A DNA stretch of 64,000 nucleotides from Octopus sinensis (GCF_006345805.1 NC_043004.1:98642001-98706000); one strand, 5' to 3'. Shown: positions 13,072 to 27,304, counted from the first letter of the stretch. Notes: a model not told the origin generated them from the sequence alone. Numbers and translations: made by a program.

Positions 13072-13895
13072 CATCATCATCATCATCATCATCCTCATTT
13101 AACGTCCGCTTTCCATGCTAGCATGGGTTGGACGGTTCAACTGGAGTCTGGGGAGCCCGAAGGCTGCACCAGGCCAGTCAGATCTGGCAGTGTTTCTACA
13201 GCTGGATGCCCTTCCTAACACCAACCACTCCGAGAGTGTAGTGGGTGTTTTTATGTGCCACCGACACAGGTGCCAGACGAGGCTGGCAGACGGCCACGCT
13301 CGGATGGTGTTTTTATGTGCCACCGACACAAGTGCCAGATGAGGCTGGCGAACGGCCACGATCAGATGGTGTTTGTTACGTGCCCGGATGGTGTTTGTTA
13401 CGTGCCCACAGCACGGAGGCCAGTCGATGCGGTACTGGCTACGGCCACGTTCGGATGGTTTTCTTGTGTGCCACCGGCACTGGTACCACAAAGATACAAA
13501 TTCCATTGATGTTCATCTATTTTGATTTGGTTTGATTTTCACTTGCCTCAACAGGTCTTCACAAGTGTCACATACTTGCCTCAACAGGTCTTCACAAGTG
13601 TCATAAGAAGGAAGGTATGCACAGGTAGACTGACTACGTCCCAGGTAGGGGCCACGGGTTATGGCCTGACTAGTCTTGCCGGGTCTTTGGATGGTGTTTT
13701 TATGTGCCACCAACACAGGTGCCAGATGAGGCTGGCGAACAGCCACGATCGGATGGTGTTTGTTACGTGCCCACAGCACGGAGGCCAGTCGATGTGGTAC
13801 TGGCTACCGCCACGTTCAGATGGTTTTCTTGTGTACCACCGGCATTGGTACCACAAAGATACAAATTCCATTGATGTTCATCTATTTTGATTTGT
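13072..13895 (-). mobile_element. RTE 3' UTR fragments (two partly duplicated pieces) with (GAT)n tail
   Basis: Reverse complement of 8290-8992. Confidence 0.9.
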
Positions 13896-13915
13896 TTTGA
13901 TTGGATTTGATTATG

Positions 13916-13965
<50 letters not shown>

Positions 13966-14063
13966 AGGATATATTAATATATCTATATCTATCTATATAT
14001 ATGTGTGTGTGTGAGTATGTGTGTGCGTGTGCGTGTGTGTTTGTGTGTGTGTGTGTACATGAC

Positions 14064-14105
14064 AACTGTCCGACGAACAGGAACATGAAACTCAGAGTAG
14101 CAGTT
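14064..14105 (+). ncRNA. Degenerate type-I hammerhead motif
   Basis: aactgt CCGACGA acaggaacat GAAA ctc-a-gag TA gcagtt: stem I 6 bp and stem III intact, U4>C, stem II decayed. Confidence 0.6.
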
Positions 14106-14615
14106 TTTTGTGATATTTTGTAATGTTTCTGAAGTCTTTATAATAAAGTATATATATATATATACATGTGTGTATGTGTGTGTGTGTGTGTGTGTGTATG
14201 TATATGTATATGTATATGTATATATATATTATATATATATATATGTTTATGTATATATACAGTATTAGGAACAAAACAGCAAAGATGATATTAAAAAATA
14301 GCAAAGTGAAATTGTAACACAATATAAAATAAAAGTTTGTTAAATCATTTACATGCAAAAGGGACTTCTGAACGATCCTGTACATGTGTGCACATTTATT
14401 CATGTGTTTGTATGTTTGTACACATGCATACACACAGGCACACATACACAGATGCAACACACATGTACATGTAGCTAAAAATTCTGTAGTGTAGTATGTG
14501 TGTGATCATCTGTGTACTTGCCGGTATGCATATATTCAAATATATAATATATATATATATATATTTATACATATATATACATACATACATATATATTATA
14601 TATATATATATATTT

Positions 14616-14672
<57 letters not shown>

Positions 14673-14759
14673 TATATGTAAGAGTAAAAGAGTAAAGAGT
14701 AAAGAGTATACATATATATATAATATATATATTATATATGTATATACACACACACACAC

Positions 14760-14791
<32 letters not shown>

Positions 14792-15059
14792 GCATGTATA
14801 TATATACACACACACACATATATATATATATATGTGTGTATATATGCATGTATGTATATATACGTATGTATGTATCCATTTATGTATCTATATATGTAAA
14901 TGTATATAAATGATTCTCACTTAGAACGGTAAATAAATTAAGAGTTGATGCAAGTGTTTGATGTGTACACGGATCTTGAATAAGTTCTATCGTTACATAT
15001 TTATAACCTCTCACAAGAATAGAGAGGAAGGTGAGCACGTAAGCAGTGGGTGCAGGCAA

Positions 15060-15290
15060 CAACAGGTTTGGAAAGGAATTAGGGTGGAGATGGGTGGTCA
15101 GTAGATTCTTGGTGATGGAATTTGTGTCGTGCAATGTTTCAAATGGAATTATTGAAAATATTCCTCATCTGATTTAGCTAGTGGCTGTGACCAAAATTTT
15201 GTAGCTTGTTGCTTCTTGAAATGGTTTGTTCCGCTATTCTTCAGTAGATGGTCCCTTTGTTGTCCTCATTGATAATTCTGCCCTTAGAGG
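15060..15290 (-). pseudogene. Penelope-like RT C-terminal relic
   Basis: TISRSNKLQNFGHSH*LNQMRNIFNNS resembles the PLE motif LV.RA.KICS...ELN.IR.IF..NGYP (by-eye comparison). Confidence 0.4.
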
Positions 15291-15343
15291 ATTCAATGTT
15301 CTATTTCTAACTCCTTCTATTTTCTTCTCACTCAACGGTTTTA

Positions 15344-15375
<32 letters not shown>

Positions 15376-15709
15376 AATTTTTCTGTCTAACATTCTACTC
15401 TATTTCTCACTCGTTCTCTCTCTCTGAATATATGTGTGTACATGTATGTATGTATATATATATATAATATATATATTATATATATTATATATATTATATA
15501 TATATATATAATATATATATAAATACATATATACACACACAGACACACATACATCATGTGGGTATATGTGTGTCTCCACACGTGTATAACTATATCTATC
15601 AAAAGAATAAACTCAAAAAAATGGATTATTCTCATGTCATAAAGCGATGTAATATCTAATGTTCAGGACAGAACACTTCCTAAAAGAAAAATACGTAAGT
15701 GTATGTTTC

Positions 15710-15781
<72 letters not shown>

Positions 15782-15813
15782 AATATATATATATATATAT
15801 TATATTATATATA

Positions 15814-15852
<39 letters not shown>

Positions 15853-15870
15853 TATATATATATATATATT

Positions 15871-15931
<61 letters not shown>

Positions 15932-16466
15932 TTGTGTGTGTGTGAATACTTATGTATATGCATGCATGTGTGTATGTGTAATGATTTTTGTGTTGGTTTA
16001 TATTTGTAGAATATCAGATTTATATTTGAAACATAGCTTCACAGATATATCTGGGTAGATAATATTCGAAATGGGTATCTCTGATCCTTAGTGAATATCC
16101 TTCTGGATAATGATGTTAAATCATGTTATCATCCTAACTTAGAATTACCAAATTCTATATTCGTATTTATCAAATTCTACACAGTTAACTTGTATGTCTG
16201 CATTGAACACTTTAAAGTTTTAGAGTATATCTCTCACTGCAAACACCTTCAGCCTCTCATATTTTCCTTCTCTTTCTCTCTCTCTCTCTACAATGTATTT
16301 TTTTCTATATACCTATGTCAGAGTGTGGCTGTATATATGAAAGCATGAGTGTGTGTGTGTATTCTACATATATATATATGTATGTGTGTGTATATATATA
16401 TATGCACATACATACATATACATATACATATGCATAATGCATACATACATATATATATATATATAT

Positions 16467-16527
<61 letters not shown>

Positions 16528-16880
16528 ACGGTTTGTATAATGGATGTATATTGGCAAGTGGATGATTATAACCATTGGAGCATTGGACAAAATATACTTT
16601 GTTCATTTGGTTATGGCTCACTATATTCTGTGTTAAAATGTATATAATGTAAGTTATAAATAACCGACATTTGTTGCTAGTTGCAAAAATGTAAAACGGT
16701 CCAAAGAATGAATAAACTATAAACTACACGAAAATCTCAGCTTTTAGTACTGACAAGTCTGTAATATCACCCCTGTAATTTAACATTAACAAAATCCCCC
16801 TGGAAAAGGCCCATACATGTTTACGTAATCTGAAGAGAATAACTTAAGAGATACTCTACAATGCAAGGCATAACATATTA

Positions 16881-17111
16881 CGGCGGCAAGCTGGCAGAAT
16901 CGTTAGCACGCCGGGCGAAATGCGTAGCCGTATTTCGTCTGTCGTTACGTTGTGAGTTCAAATTCCGCCGAGGTCGACTTTGCTTTTCATCCTTTCGGGG
17001 TCGGTAAATTAAGTACCAGTTACGCACTGGGGTCGATGTAATCGACTTAATCCGTATGTCTGTCCTTGTTTGTCCCCTCTATGTTTAGCCCCTTGTGGGT
17101 AATAACGAAAT
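16881..17111 (+). mobile_element. SINE family B (B2 subtype) with 15-bp target-site duplication
   Basis: aggcataacatatta at 16866-16880 and 17112-17126. Confidence 0.92.
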
Positions 17112-17204
17112 AGGCATAACATATTAAGAATTTTAAAGGCACACATGTAAACATGCAATCATACACATTCAAACACATACATACATGCATGTGGCAACAT
17201 GCTT

Positions 17205-17543
17205 CTTCTCAACATCAAGGTCATGGTTCCAGGTTTAGTCCCACTGCAATGTTTTTTCAATTATAGCCTCAGACTGACCAAAATCTTGAGAAGGAATTTG
17301 GTAGATGAAGCCTGAAAGAAGCCCATTGAATAATATATGTATGTACCAATGTGTGTGTGTGTGTGTGTGTGTGTGTCTGTGTTTGTTCCCCATCACTACT
17401 TGATGGCCGGTGCTGGTGTATTTATGTCCCAGTAACTTAGCAGTTCGGCAAAAGAGTTCGATTGAATAAATATTAGGCGTCAAAAAGAATAAGTCCTGAA
17501 TTGATTTTTCAACTAAAACAATTTTTGACTGAAACAAGTAAAA

Positions 17544-17545
<2 letters not shown>
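17205..17545 (+). mobile_element. SINE family A, diverged
   Basis: Family A body and tail. Confidence 0.75.
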
Positions 17546-17590
<45 letters not shown>

Positions 17591-17666
17591 CTGAATTCAC
17601 TCTGAATTTATTGTACCTACCTGACCTACGTTGTCAGTTGGATCGGATCCTATATATATATATATA

Positions 17667-18176
17667 CCATAAATCCTCAAGTATAATACGCATTTTTTCC
17701 CTAAAATTTAAAGGTCAAAAATCCCTAGTGCATACTATATACGAGGTTAAAAATGAAAAATATTTTCTGAGCAATGTCCGAGTCTCTATTTGCTGTCTGG
17801 CAATGTTTATTCAGACGCATTTTGTTATGTGGCACAAAAATACCTTAAGCTAAGCCTGAAAGCAATGAAGTCATAAAAGAATCATCCATAACTTGCAATA
17901 AGCAACATTTATTAAACGTTATTACTGTTATTACTGTTATTTCTTTATTTTCTGCAAACAAAATGCACAAAAACGCTACACATTTGTATAATGTTATATA
18001 TACAATAATAATAAAGGACGTTACTGTATACATTTTTACAAACCAAGGACGTTATATAGACCTCTTTGACTCAAGTTAGAGAAGGGGTACATATTATACA
18101 CGAGGTTTAGGTTACAGCCCCCTAAAAATACCCTGTGTATTATACTCAAGGGCGGACTATACTCGAGAATGTACAG
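17667..18176. mobile_element. pogo/Tigger-like MITE
   Basis: TA flanks; imperfect TIRs ccataaatcctcaagtataatacgc / gcggactatactcgagaatgtacag. Confidence 0.75.
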
Positions 18177-18186
18177 TATATATATA

Positions 18187-18518
18187 TAGGTGCAAGGTTT
18201 CAGGTTCAGTCCCATTGAGTGGTACCTTGACCGAAGTAATGCATGTAGATTTGGTAGATGGAAACTGAAAGAAGCCCATTGTGTGTAAATATATCTGTAT
18301 ATGTATATGTATATTGGTGTGTGTGTCTGTGTTTGTCCCCCACCATTGCTTGACAACCAACGTTGGTGTGTTTACATCTCTGTAACTTAGCAGTTCAGAA
18401 AAAAGAGACCGATAGAATAAGTACTAGGCTTACAAAGAATAAGTCTAGGAAGCGATTTGTTCAAATAAATGCAGTGCTCCAGCATGGCCACAGTCAAATG
18501 ACTGAAGCAAGTAAGAGA
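18187..18518 (+). mobile_element. SINE family A
   Basis: Family A body and tail. Confidence 0.8.
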
Positions 18519-18952
18519 GTTACATACACACAATCACATACAAACAAACACATGCAGACACATATACACACATACACACATACCCTAATATATATGAAGA
18601 ATCATACCTAGACACATGCACACAAATATACACATAATAAGCATGTATGCAAAATCACATACATAATCAAAATTCAAATAGACGTAAACAAATTTACAGA
18701 TATACATACTTACATAAATATTTACGTACAAACAATATATATACACGCATACATACATACCTACACAAAACCCTCGGTTTAATCCAAGTACTATCTGATG
18801 CACCAGTTTCATAACCTACAGTTTCCTGTCGGGAATTGGTCTTTGCTGTAGCATTTATCAGTCTGCTGTAGTTTGAGTCCGGAGATGATTTGCCATGTGT
18901 TTTATATAACGATAAAGAAACATGCATTTATTTTTTTATATATACATATCCA

Positions 18953-19104
18953 CAGGCAAGGCCGTGTGGTAAGAAGCTTGCTTCCTAACCACATGGTCCC
19001 AGGTTCAGTCCCACTACTTGGCAACTTGGGCAAGTGTTTCTACTATAGCTTCGCGCTGACCAAAGCCTTGTGAGTGGAACTGGTAGATGGAAACTGAAAG
19101 AGGC

Positions 19105-19108
<4 letters not shown>
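18953..19108 (+). mobile_element. SINE family A, 5' half
   Basis: Family A head. Confidence 0.8.
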
Positions 19109-19137
<29 letters not shown>

Positions 19138-19268
19138 TGATAGATATAGATATAGGAATGGTATTATTAAAATACCATCACAAGTGGTAAGCGAATTATT
19201 AGCCGTACAGGCAAATTAATAAAATATATACAAAAAATATTGTATGTATATATATACATACATATATA

Positions 19269-19570
19269 TGCGCTGGAGTGGCTGTGTGGTAAGTAGCTTG
19301 CTTACCAACACATGGTTCCGGGTTCAGTCCCACTGTGTGGCACTTTGGGCAAGTGTCTTCTACTATATCTGTGTTTGTCCCCCGCACCATCGCTTGACAA
19401 CCAATATTGGTGTGTTTATATACCCGTAATTTAGTGATGCAGCAAAAGAAACTGATAGAATAAGTATTAGGCTTACAAAGAATAAGTCCTGAAGTCAAAT
19501 TGTTCGACTGAAGGTGGTGCTCCAGCATGGCTGCAGTCAAATAACTGAAACAAGTAAAAGAATATAAGAA
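19269..19570 (+). mobile_element. SINE family A with internal deletion
   Basis: Head joined directly to the 3' half. Confidence 0.85.
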
Positions 19571-19743
19571 TAAAGAATATGCATAGATAAAAATAATCAA
19601 AGCAATTTTAGTCTGGGAAAACAAATAGGTTCAATAGGATTTAAAAAAGAAAACTTAATGAATATTATTTAAACTGGTTTCTTCTTGTGCACAATTAATA
19701 CAAAAACCAACAACAGCATTTTATACATCTATATCAACAGACA

Positions 19744-20146
19744 GGCGCAGGAGTGGCTGTGTGGTAAGTAGCTTGTTACCAACCACATGGTTCCGGGTTA
19801 AGTCCCACTGTGTGGCACCTTGGGCAAGTGTCTTCTACTATAACCTTGGGCCGACCAAAGCCTTGTGAGTGGATTTGGTAGACGGAAACTGAAAGAAGCC
19901 CATCGTATATATGTATATGTATATATATGCGTGTGTGTGTTTGTGTCTGTGTTTGTCCCCCTAGCATTGCTTGACAACCGATGCTGGTGTGTTTATGTCC
20001 CTGTTACTTAGCGGTTTGGCAAAAGAGACCGATGGAATAAGTACTGGGCTTACAAAAGAATAAGTCCTGGGGTCGAGTTGCTCGATTAAAGGTGGTGCTC
20101 CAGCATGGCCGCAGTCAAATGACTGAAACAAGTAAAAGAGTAAAGA
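19744..20146 (+). mobile_element. SINE family A, full length (tRNA-derived head, CORE-like segment, internal (TA)(TG)n)
   Basis: ggcgcaggagtggctgtgtggtaag A-box-like, ggttccgggtt B-box-like, gcaccttgggcaagtgtctt; AAAAGAGT-type tail. Confidence 0.92.
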
Positions 20147-20944
20147 GAGAGAGAGACATTCATACACAAACACACAAACACACACACATACACATACATT
20201 TTATTGCACATATACTGTAGCATAAGCAATCATGTAAAGATGAATATATGACACTACTGTTTAGTTTGGCCAGAAGTGAGGTTGTTTGCTCATCTGTTTG
20301 TGATATTGGACTTAAAAAATATTTCCTTTGTGGTCCCCATATTTGTCTGTCGTCCCCTTGAAAGCGATATTTGTTTATGTTTGCCCTCTTTTTATTTGTT
20401 TTCTTCTTCTTTGTCTCTTTCCTTAGTCTTCTCACTTCTTCAGACATTCATCTCCAAAGCACTTTTGACTGAGAAATATGTCAACTAGGATTTCCATCTT
20501 GTCTTTCCAGTCTTGTACCTATTGTCTTGGTGCCTTTTATTGGGCACAATTCTACTATTATTCTGCTGCCTCATCAGTGTCATTAGAACTTACAAGTCCA
20601 TTTTGATACTCTTTTACAACAGGTCAGCATTGTCAAGCCTATTGTGACCAGTTTCCCATACTGTGACTCACAAACCAAGGGTTTGAGTCATGTCTAATAT
20701 CCCTTGTTATAATTCTTGCATTTCTTTGCACGACACTTTTTTTCATACCTCCCAGAAAATAAAATGGCCAAAAATAGATATTAGATTCTGAACATAGATC
20801 TATACTCTATATAATAATGTTATCAATAATATATAATATTATTATCAATATTATCAATAATATATAATATTACTCAAACAATAACATATAATATTGCTCT
20901 ATATAATAATGCTACTACTCTACATAATAATGTTATCAATAATA

Positions 20945-21150
20945 ATCCTTTCTACTATAGGCACAAGGCCTGAACATTACATTGAAGGGGTTAATCAGTT
21001 ACATTGACCCCAAGTACTCAGCTGGTACTTATTTTATCGGCTTCAAAAGAATGAACGTGAAGTCAACCTTAGTGGAATTTGAACTCATAATGTAAAGATG
21101 AATGTAAAGTAATTTGTCCAGCATTCTAACAATTCTGCAAGCTCACCATT
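20945..21150 (-). mobile_element. SINE family B (B1 subtype) in a trinucleotide microsatellite
   Basis: 3' end ggccttgtgcctatagtagaaagg(att)n. Confidence 0.8.
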
Positions 21151-21479
21151 CTAACAACAACAACAACAACAACAACAACAACCACAACAACATCAACTAT
21201 CAAAATAATTCTTACAAATTTACTGATACATCTGTAACAACTTCAAGTAGAGTTTGACAAGACTTTCATGCTGTTTAAGATCAGGTTTTCATTTCAGGAA
21301 TAAATGACAAAAAAAAATCAAAAAAAGAAACATCAAAATTTGCCTCTGAAAGCATCACTGACATATTTCTTGTGTCCATTTCCGTTTTTGGCAATGTCCG
21401 ATGCAATTTAGTCGCTTCCTTGCATCACGAAATTCTTAATTGTATTTAAGCCTTTAACAACACATTTTTTTTTTTAATA

Positions 21480-21800
21480 CATACTTTTCGTTCGTATCTC
21501 TATACTGCCATTTATAATGTTTCTTTCTTATCAGTTCCCTCATGACAGGTTTACTCGTGCTTCATTAGAAAACATCTTTGCATTCTTGCTTTCTGAGAGA
21601 CAAGGTATCTACAGCACAAATCAGAAACACCTAAGTGAAGCATAATTTGCCAATTCAGGAAGTTGGAAATGAACAGACAAGTAAATTTGCTTTCTTAGCA
21701 GATTATATTTTGTTATACAACTGCAATAGTAGTTTTCTGTGCTCCGGTCTGGAATGTATAGGTGGTATCCTTATAAGGATTCAAGTCTGTAACCCGGTTT
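21480..21800 (-). pseudogene. Old LINE RT relic
   Basis: HSRPEHRKLLLQLYNKI*SAKKANLLVCSF resembles the GFR...ST..ALL...D.I..A......SIFLD region; many stops. Confidence 0.4.
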
Positions 21801-21934
21801 CAATTCTCACTATATGCCCTTGGATAATGCAAGAACACAACTACAACTTTTATTCAAAAAAAGTGATCCATGTAACTATTAACAGTAAAAAACATTACTG
21901 TATTTATTACATTAGAACATAGAATAAATATTGT

Positions 21935-22240
21935 GTCGATAAATTAAGTACCAGTTACGCACTGGGGTTGATGTAATCGACTTAATACCTATGTCTGTCT
22001 TTGTTTGTCCCCTCTGTGTTTAGCCCCTTGTGGGTAATAAAGAAATAGGTATTTCGTCAGCCGTTACGTTCTGAGTTCAAATCCCGCTGAGCTCGACTTT
22101 GCCTTTCATCCTTTCGAGGTTGATAAATTAAGTAAGTACCAGTTATGCACTGGGGTCGATGTCATTGACTTAATCCCTTCGTGTGTCCTTGTTTGTCCCC
22201 TCTATGTTTAGCCCCTTGTGGGCAATAAAGAAATAAGAAA
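21935..22240 (+). mobile_element. SINE family B2 with duplicated 3' part
   Basis: Two copies of taaattaagtaccagtta..gccccttgtggg. Confidence 0.85.
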
Positions 22241-22599
22241 TATAGAGAATTTGTGGAGGTTAAGATTATTTACTATTCACTACCATGCAAGGATTGTAAA
22301 TCTTTAATATGTTATTGTGCTACATGTCTTATGGTATTTAACATAATTAGGATCACATAATTGATTCATAAATGATGAATTATCAATAAGACAAGGTTTC
22401 AATTTTAAGAAAGATATCTATATGCGCAGAAATAATCTGAACCATATTAGCTCATGATTATGGCTGTGAGTATGTGTGTATGTGTGTGTTCGTCCTTGTT
22501 AGAATTTGTTATGTTACACTAAAGAAATGGTCATCAGTTAGTAAAATAAATTAAGAAAGTTTTGAAATGCTAATGTATTTATTGCTGATATTTAGTATT

Positions 22600-22840
22600 G
22601 TATTGTAAGAAAGTAAATGTTGATTGTAGAAAAGGCTACCATGAGGTATAATATGAAATTTTTTTGCAATGCAGAGTTGGCATAGAATTGTCCAGTTTAT
22701 ATCAGGTTTAATATGCTTCGTGATTGTCCAAAGGATAACGAAATGGTAAATGTACGAGTCTCTCAATTTCTATACACAGCATTTCTGTTTTTCTTGTTCC
22801 TGAAGACAGACCTTTCATTGAGGAAATGGCATTTGATTGC
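22600..22840 (-). pseudogene. Penelope-like GIY-YIG C-terminal relic
   Basis: NERSVFRNKKNRN and IKPDINWTILCQLCIAKKFHII resemble PLE endonuclease ends (I.W.IL...C.LC..EK..I). Confidence 0.5.
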
Positions 22841-22844
22841 ACAA

Positions 22845-23890
22845 CATCATCATCATCGTCATCGTTTAACGTCCGTTCTCCATGCTAGCATGGATTGGAT
22901 GGTTCAACCAGGGTCTGGGAAGCTAGGAGGCTACACCAGGCTCCAGTCTGATCTGGCAGTGTTTCTACAGCTGGATGCCCTTTCTAATTCCAACCACTCC
23001 ATGAGTGTAGTTGGTGCTTTTTACATGCCACTAGCACAGGTGCCAGGGGAGGCTGGCAATGACCATGATCGGTTGGTGCTTTTTATATGCCACCTGCACA
23101 GAAGCCAGTCAAAGCAGCACTGGCATCAGCCACATTTGGATGGTGCTTTTTACATGCCACCAGCACAGGTATCACAACTACAATTTCCATTTGATTTTCA
23201 TTCTGATGTTGATGTATTTGACTCAATAGGTCTTCTCAAACACAGCAGGTTACCCTACGATCCAAGATACTTTTGAATGGGCTGGGGCTAGTCATGTGAA
23301 ACTGGTGTAGGATACAGCCATGAACTCACTTTATTTGCTGGGTCTTCGCAGTCACAGTATATCTCCAGAGGTCTCAGTCTTTTGTCATTGCCACTGTGAG
23401 ACCCAACATTCGAAGGTCATGCTTGACCACCCCATCTCATGTCTTCCTGGGTCTATCTCTACTCCAGATTCCTTCAACTGTTTGGGAGTGGTAATTCTTC
23501 TCACATCTCTCCTCATCCATCTATAGTACATGACCATACTAGTGCAAACGTCTCTCTTGCACACCACATCGTATGCTTCTTATGTCTAACAGTTCTCTTA
23601 GAGCGTTTACACTCTGTCATGTGTGCACACTGACATTACACATCCTGCGGATCATGCTAGCTTCATTTCTTTCAAGTCTACACATGTCCTCCTCAGTCAC
23701 AGCTCATGTTTCACTGCTATAAAGCATAGCCGTTTGCACACATGCATCGTATAATTTACCTTTCACTCTGAGTGAGAGGCCCTTTGTCACCAGTAGGGGT
23801 AGAAGCTTTCTAAACTTTACCCGGGATATTCTTATTATAGTGGTAACATTCTCTGAACATCCACCACCACTACTAATTTGGTCACCTATA
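22845..23890 (-). mobile_element. 5'-truncated RTE LINE (second subfamily) with (GAT)n tail
   Basis: IGDQISSGGGCSENV..LLPLLVTKGLSLRVKGKLYDACV matches the 7218 element. Confidence 0.92.
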
Positions 23891-24167
23891 AGGTTCAAAT
23901 TTATTCTAATGAAATATGATTTTTAAATGACCAAATATACCACTGAATAATCTTTTGAATTACAAAAATCAAGCCATAGAAAATTTGTAGGTCAGAGTTA
24001 CATCACAAAGGGTTTGAATTTCCCTAATCAACAAGGATCTATCCAGATTTAGTGAATTTGTTGGGTGCAATATTAATGGAAATAGAAGCAGGTATTAAAG
24101 GAGGGAGAAGACTGCATGACACTTATATCACTTAAGCCCTTGATCAGCTCCATATGCTGTTACTGTA

Positions 24168-24400
24168 CCATGCTACTCAAAGTGGTGGTCCACAGACCGG
24201 TGCTTGTCCATGAGCCATTAGCTGCTGGTATGCAGTGAGTTTCCAGAAAAGAAAGAAACATTATAAAATGCTTGTGTAATATTGTATTATTTGTTCACAA
24301 AATAGATATAAGATAAAAATATTGTCAACTTTTATTATATTCATTATATGTATTGTTTGTGATATAAATTAATATTTTTAACAAATATTACAGGTACCTG
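24168..24400 (+). mobile_element. hAT (Charlie-like) left end
   Basis: catgctactcaaagtggtggtccacagaccggt resembles hAT-Charlie termini; right TIR not found. Confidence 0.5.
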
Positions 24401-24835
24401 ACACATTGGAAAAAAAAATGCTGGTACATCACATTAGACAGTTTAAGAAGTATTGCTGTAGGCAACAAATGTCTACTGATCGTCATGTTGTTTTTGTTGT
24501 TATTTCTACAAATAATATTATGCAGCACAGAATTTTGACAGTGAAAAAGTTGTGGTCTCAAAGCGACGAAAATATTTTGACAAATTAAATTTAAATATTG
24601 AAGTGAATGTAATGCTTTTTGTGTATTTCTTAAATTAAGGTGGTGTCAGGTACCGGTAATATTTGTTAGTAATATTAATTTATATCAGAAACAATATATA
24701 TAATGAATATAATAAAAGGTGCACCTTCTACGCTGCAATTGTTTTCCAGCACACAATCTCAAATAAGGTCACTTGCTATGCAAATACATCTCCATAAATT
24801 TTATCCTTGTTATTATTAATAGTATTGTTGTTATT

Positions 24836-25050
24836 AAGGTGGTGAGCCAGCAGACTTGTTGGCATGATGAGCACTTTGCTCAGCAGCATTTCATTGCTTT
24901 TACATTGTGAGTTCCAATTCTGTTTAAGTCAACTTTGCTTTTCATCCTTTTGGGGTTGATAAATTAACTATCAGCTCAATACTAGGGTTAATTTAATCAA
25001 CTTACTTTGTCCTTTTAATTTGCTGGCCTTGTACCAAAATTTGAAGCCAT
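24836..25050 (+). mobile_element. SINE family B1 in (ATT)n
   Basis: Family B core; att repeats on both flanks. Confidence 0.8.
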
Positions 25051-25324
25051 TATTATTAATAAATATAATAATTTCAATAATGAGAATAATAATGAGATGC
25101 TGCACAAAGTTTTGTCAGTGAACAGTTCAAAGTTTCAAACTGATGAAAATATTTTGACACAAATTAAATTTAAATGAAGTGAATCTAATGGGGTTTTTTT
25201 TGTGTGTGTGCTTAAATGGCTTACAAACATCTTCCATGCTGCAATTGTTTTTGTTTCAGCACACGATCTCCGATCAAGTCACTAGCTATGCAAGTGCATC
25301 TCTGATAATAATAGTGATTTCAAA

Positions 25325-25490
25325 TTTTGGTGCAAGGCCAGTAATTCAACCCAAGTGCTCCACTTGTATTTATTTTATCAACCCTGATAAGTCAAAAGGC
25401 AAAGTCAACCTGAATGGAATTTGAACTCACAATCATAAAGACAGAAAAAAATCACTGCTGAATATTTTGCCTAGCTCACCACCTAAATAA
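25325..25490 (-). mobile_element. SINE family B1, diverged
   Basis: Family B core. Confidence 0.65.
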
Positions 25491-25569
25491 TGATGATAAT
25501 ATTAACAATAACAACTATAATTGTATTTATAGTGATAACAACACAACAACAACATTGATTATAATTCTT

Positions 25570-25775
25570 TCTCGATAGGCACAAGGCCTAAACTTTTGGG
25601 GAGTGGTAATTGATTGCATTGACCTCAGTTATTGACTGGTACATATTTTTTCGGTCCCAAAAGGATGTAAGGTGCAGTTGACTTCAGTGGAATATGAACT
25701 CAGAGCATAAACCTGTAAAAAATTACCATTAATATGTTGTCTAGCATGCTAACAATTCTGCCATCTTGCGAGATT
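25570..25775 (-). mobile_element. SINE family B1
   Basis: Family B core; (aat)n flank on the + strand. Confidence 0.75.
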
Positions 25776-25837
25776 AATAATAATAATAATAATGATGATG
25801 ATGATGATGATAACACTAATTATTATTATTATTATTA

Positions 25838-25886
<49 letters not shown>

Positions 25887-25892
25887 TATTAT

Positions 25893-26256
25893 TTATTCTC
25901 GTTGCAGAGCTTCTAACACTGGAGATGTACTATGTTGTTAGCTGTGAACTAAGGTAATACCTCTTATTTTTTGAGCACTTTCCGGAGTTTTCAAGCAATT
26001 CCAAGCAGTACAGTTTTCTGCAAGTGTTCCACCCTTATTTGTTCCATGTACTTCTCAAAATTTTTACTCACAGTTCCTAGGACAGTTATTGGTACTACCA
26101 CCACCATTTACATTGACCACAACTGCTTAACCTCCCAATCTAACTTGTCATATCTATCGACTTTTCTTTCTTTCTTATCAAATACCTTGTTACCAGCTTG
26201 GCATGCTATATCTATGATCCAACATCATTACTTTCTTTCTCAATTAACACTATAAT
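25893..26256 (-). mobile_element. R4/Dong-clade non-LTR 3' end (restriction-like endonuclease C-terminus) with (TAA)n tail
   Basis: IIDIACQAG..KKEKVDRYDKLDWEVKQLWS..VVVVPIT.LGTVSKNFEKYMEQIRVEHLQKTVLLGIA. Confidence 0.8.
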
Positions 26257-26309
26257 TATTATTATCATTATTGTTATTATTATCATTATTATAATTATTA
26301 TTATTATTT

Positions 26310-26519
26310 CTATTCTGGGCACAAGGCCTTGAAAATTTCAGGGGAAGGGAGCTAGTCGATTATATCAACTCCAGTGCATAACTGGTACTTATTTCATTAA
26401 CCCCAAAATGATGAAAGGCAAAGTCAACCTCAGCAGAAGTTGAACTCAGAATGACAAGACAGACGAAATACCACTTAGCATTTCATCCAGCATGCTAATG
26501 ATTCTGCCAGCACAACTTG

Positions 26520-26520
<1 letters not shown>
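26310..26520 (-). mobile_element. SINE family B1
   Basis: Family B core between trinucleotide arrays. Confidence 0.8.
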
Positions 26521-26770
<250 letters not shown>

Positions 26771-26771
26771 A

Positions 26772-26998
26772 GAGTAAGTATAATAATCTCAGAAAATATA
26801 GATTTGCAGATTGAAGCCAAAAAACTGTGGAATCTCACGATGGCTACAATATCAGTGATTGTAGGAGCACATGGAATGATCAAAAAAGGAACTGAAACTT
26901 ATTTCAGAATGATCTCTGGCTTACCATCCATGCAAGAAGTGCAAAAGATTGTCTTAACTAGTATGTCACACGTATTGAGAAGAACATTGTCACCGTGA
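26772..26998 (+). mobile_element. R4/Dong-clade LINE C-terminal fragment
   Basis: DLQIEAKKLWNL..ISVIVGAHGMIKK..QEVQKIVLTSMSHVLRRTL*. Confidence 0.8.
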
Positions 26999-27239
26999 AT
27001 TCTCTTTCTTTTTATTCCTTTTTGTTTTGTTTTTTTAATGTTTTTCCTTATTTTTGATATTTTCTTGTTTCCTTTTTCTTTTCTTTCATTCTTCCCCGTT
27101 TTTTTTATCACATAATTTGTAAATGAACAATCAGTTGTGCTTATTTGTGCCTACCAATACATACAGTGAATGCCTTTGCCCTAGGTGTCAGGAAGACACT
27201 CAGCAAGAAATTGAAACAAAATTGAAAGAAGATGATAAC

Positions 27240-27296
<57 letters not shown>

Positions 27297-27304
27297 TTCT
27301 ATTA

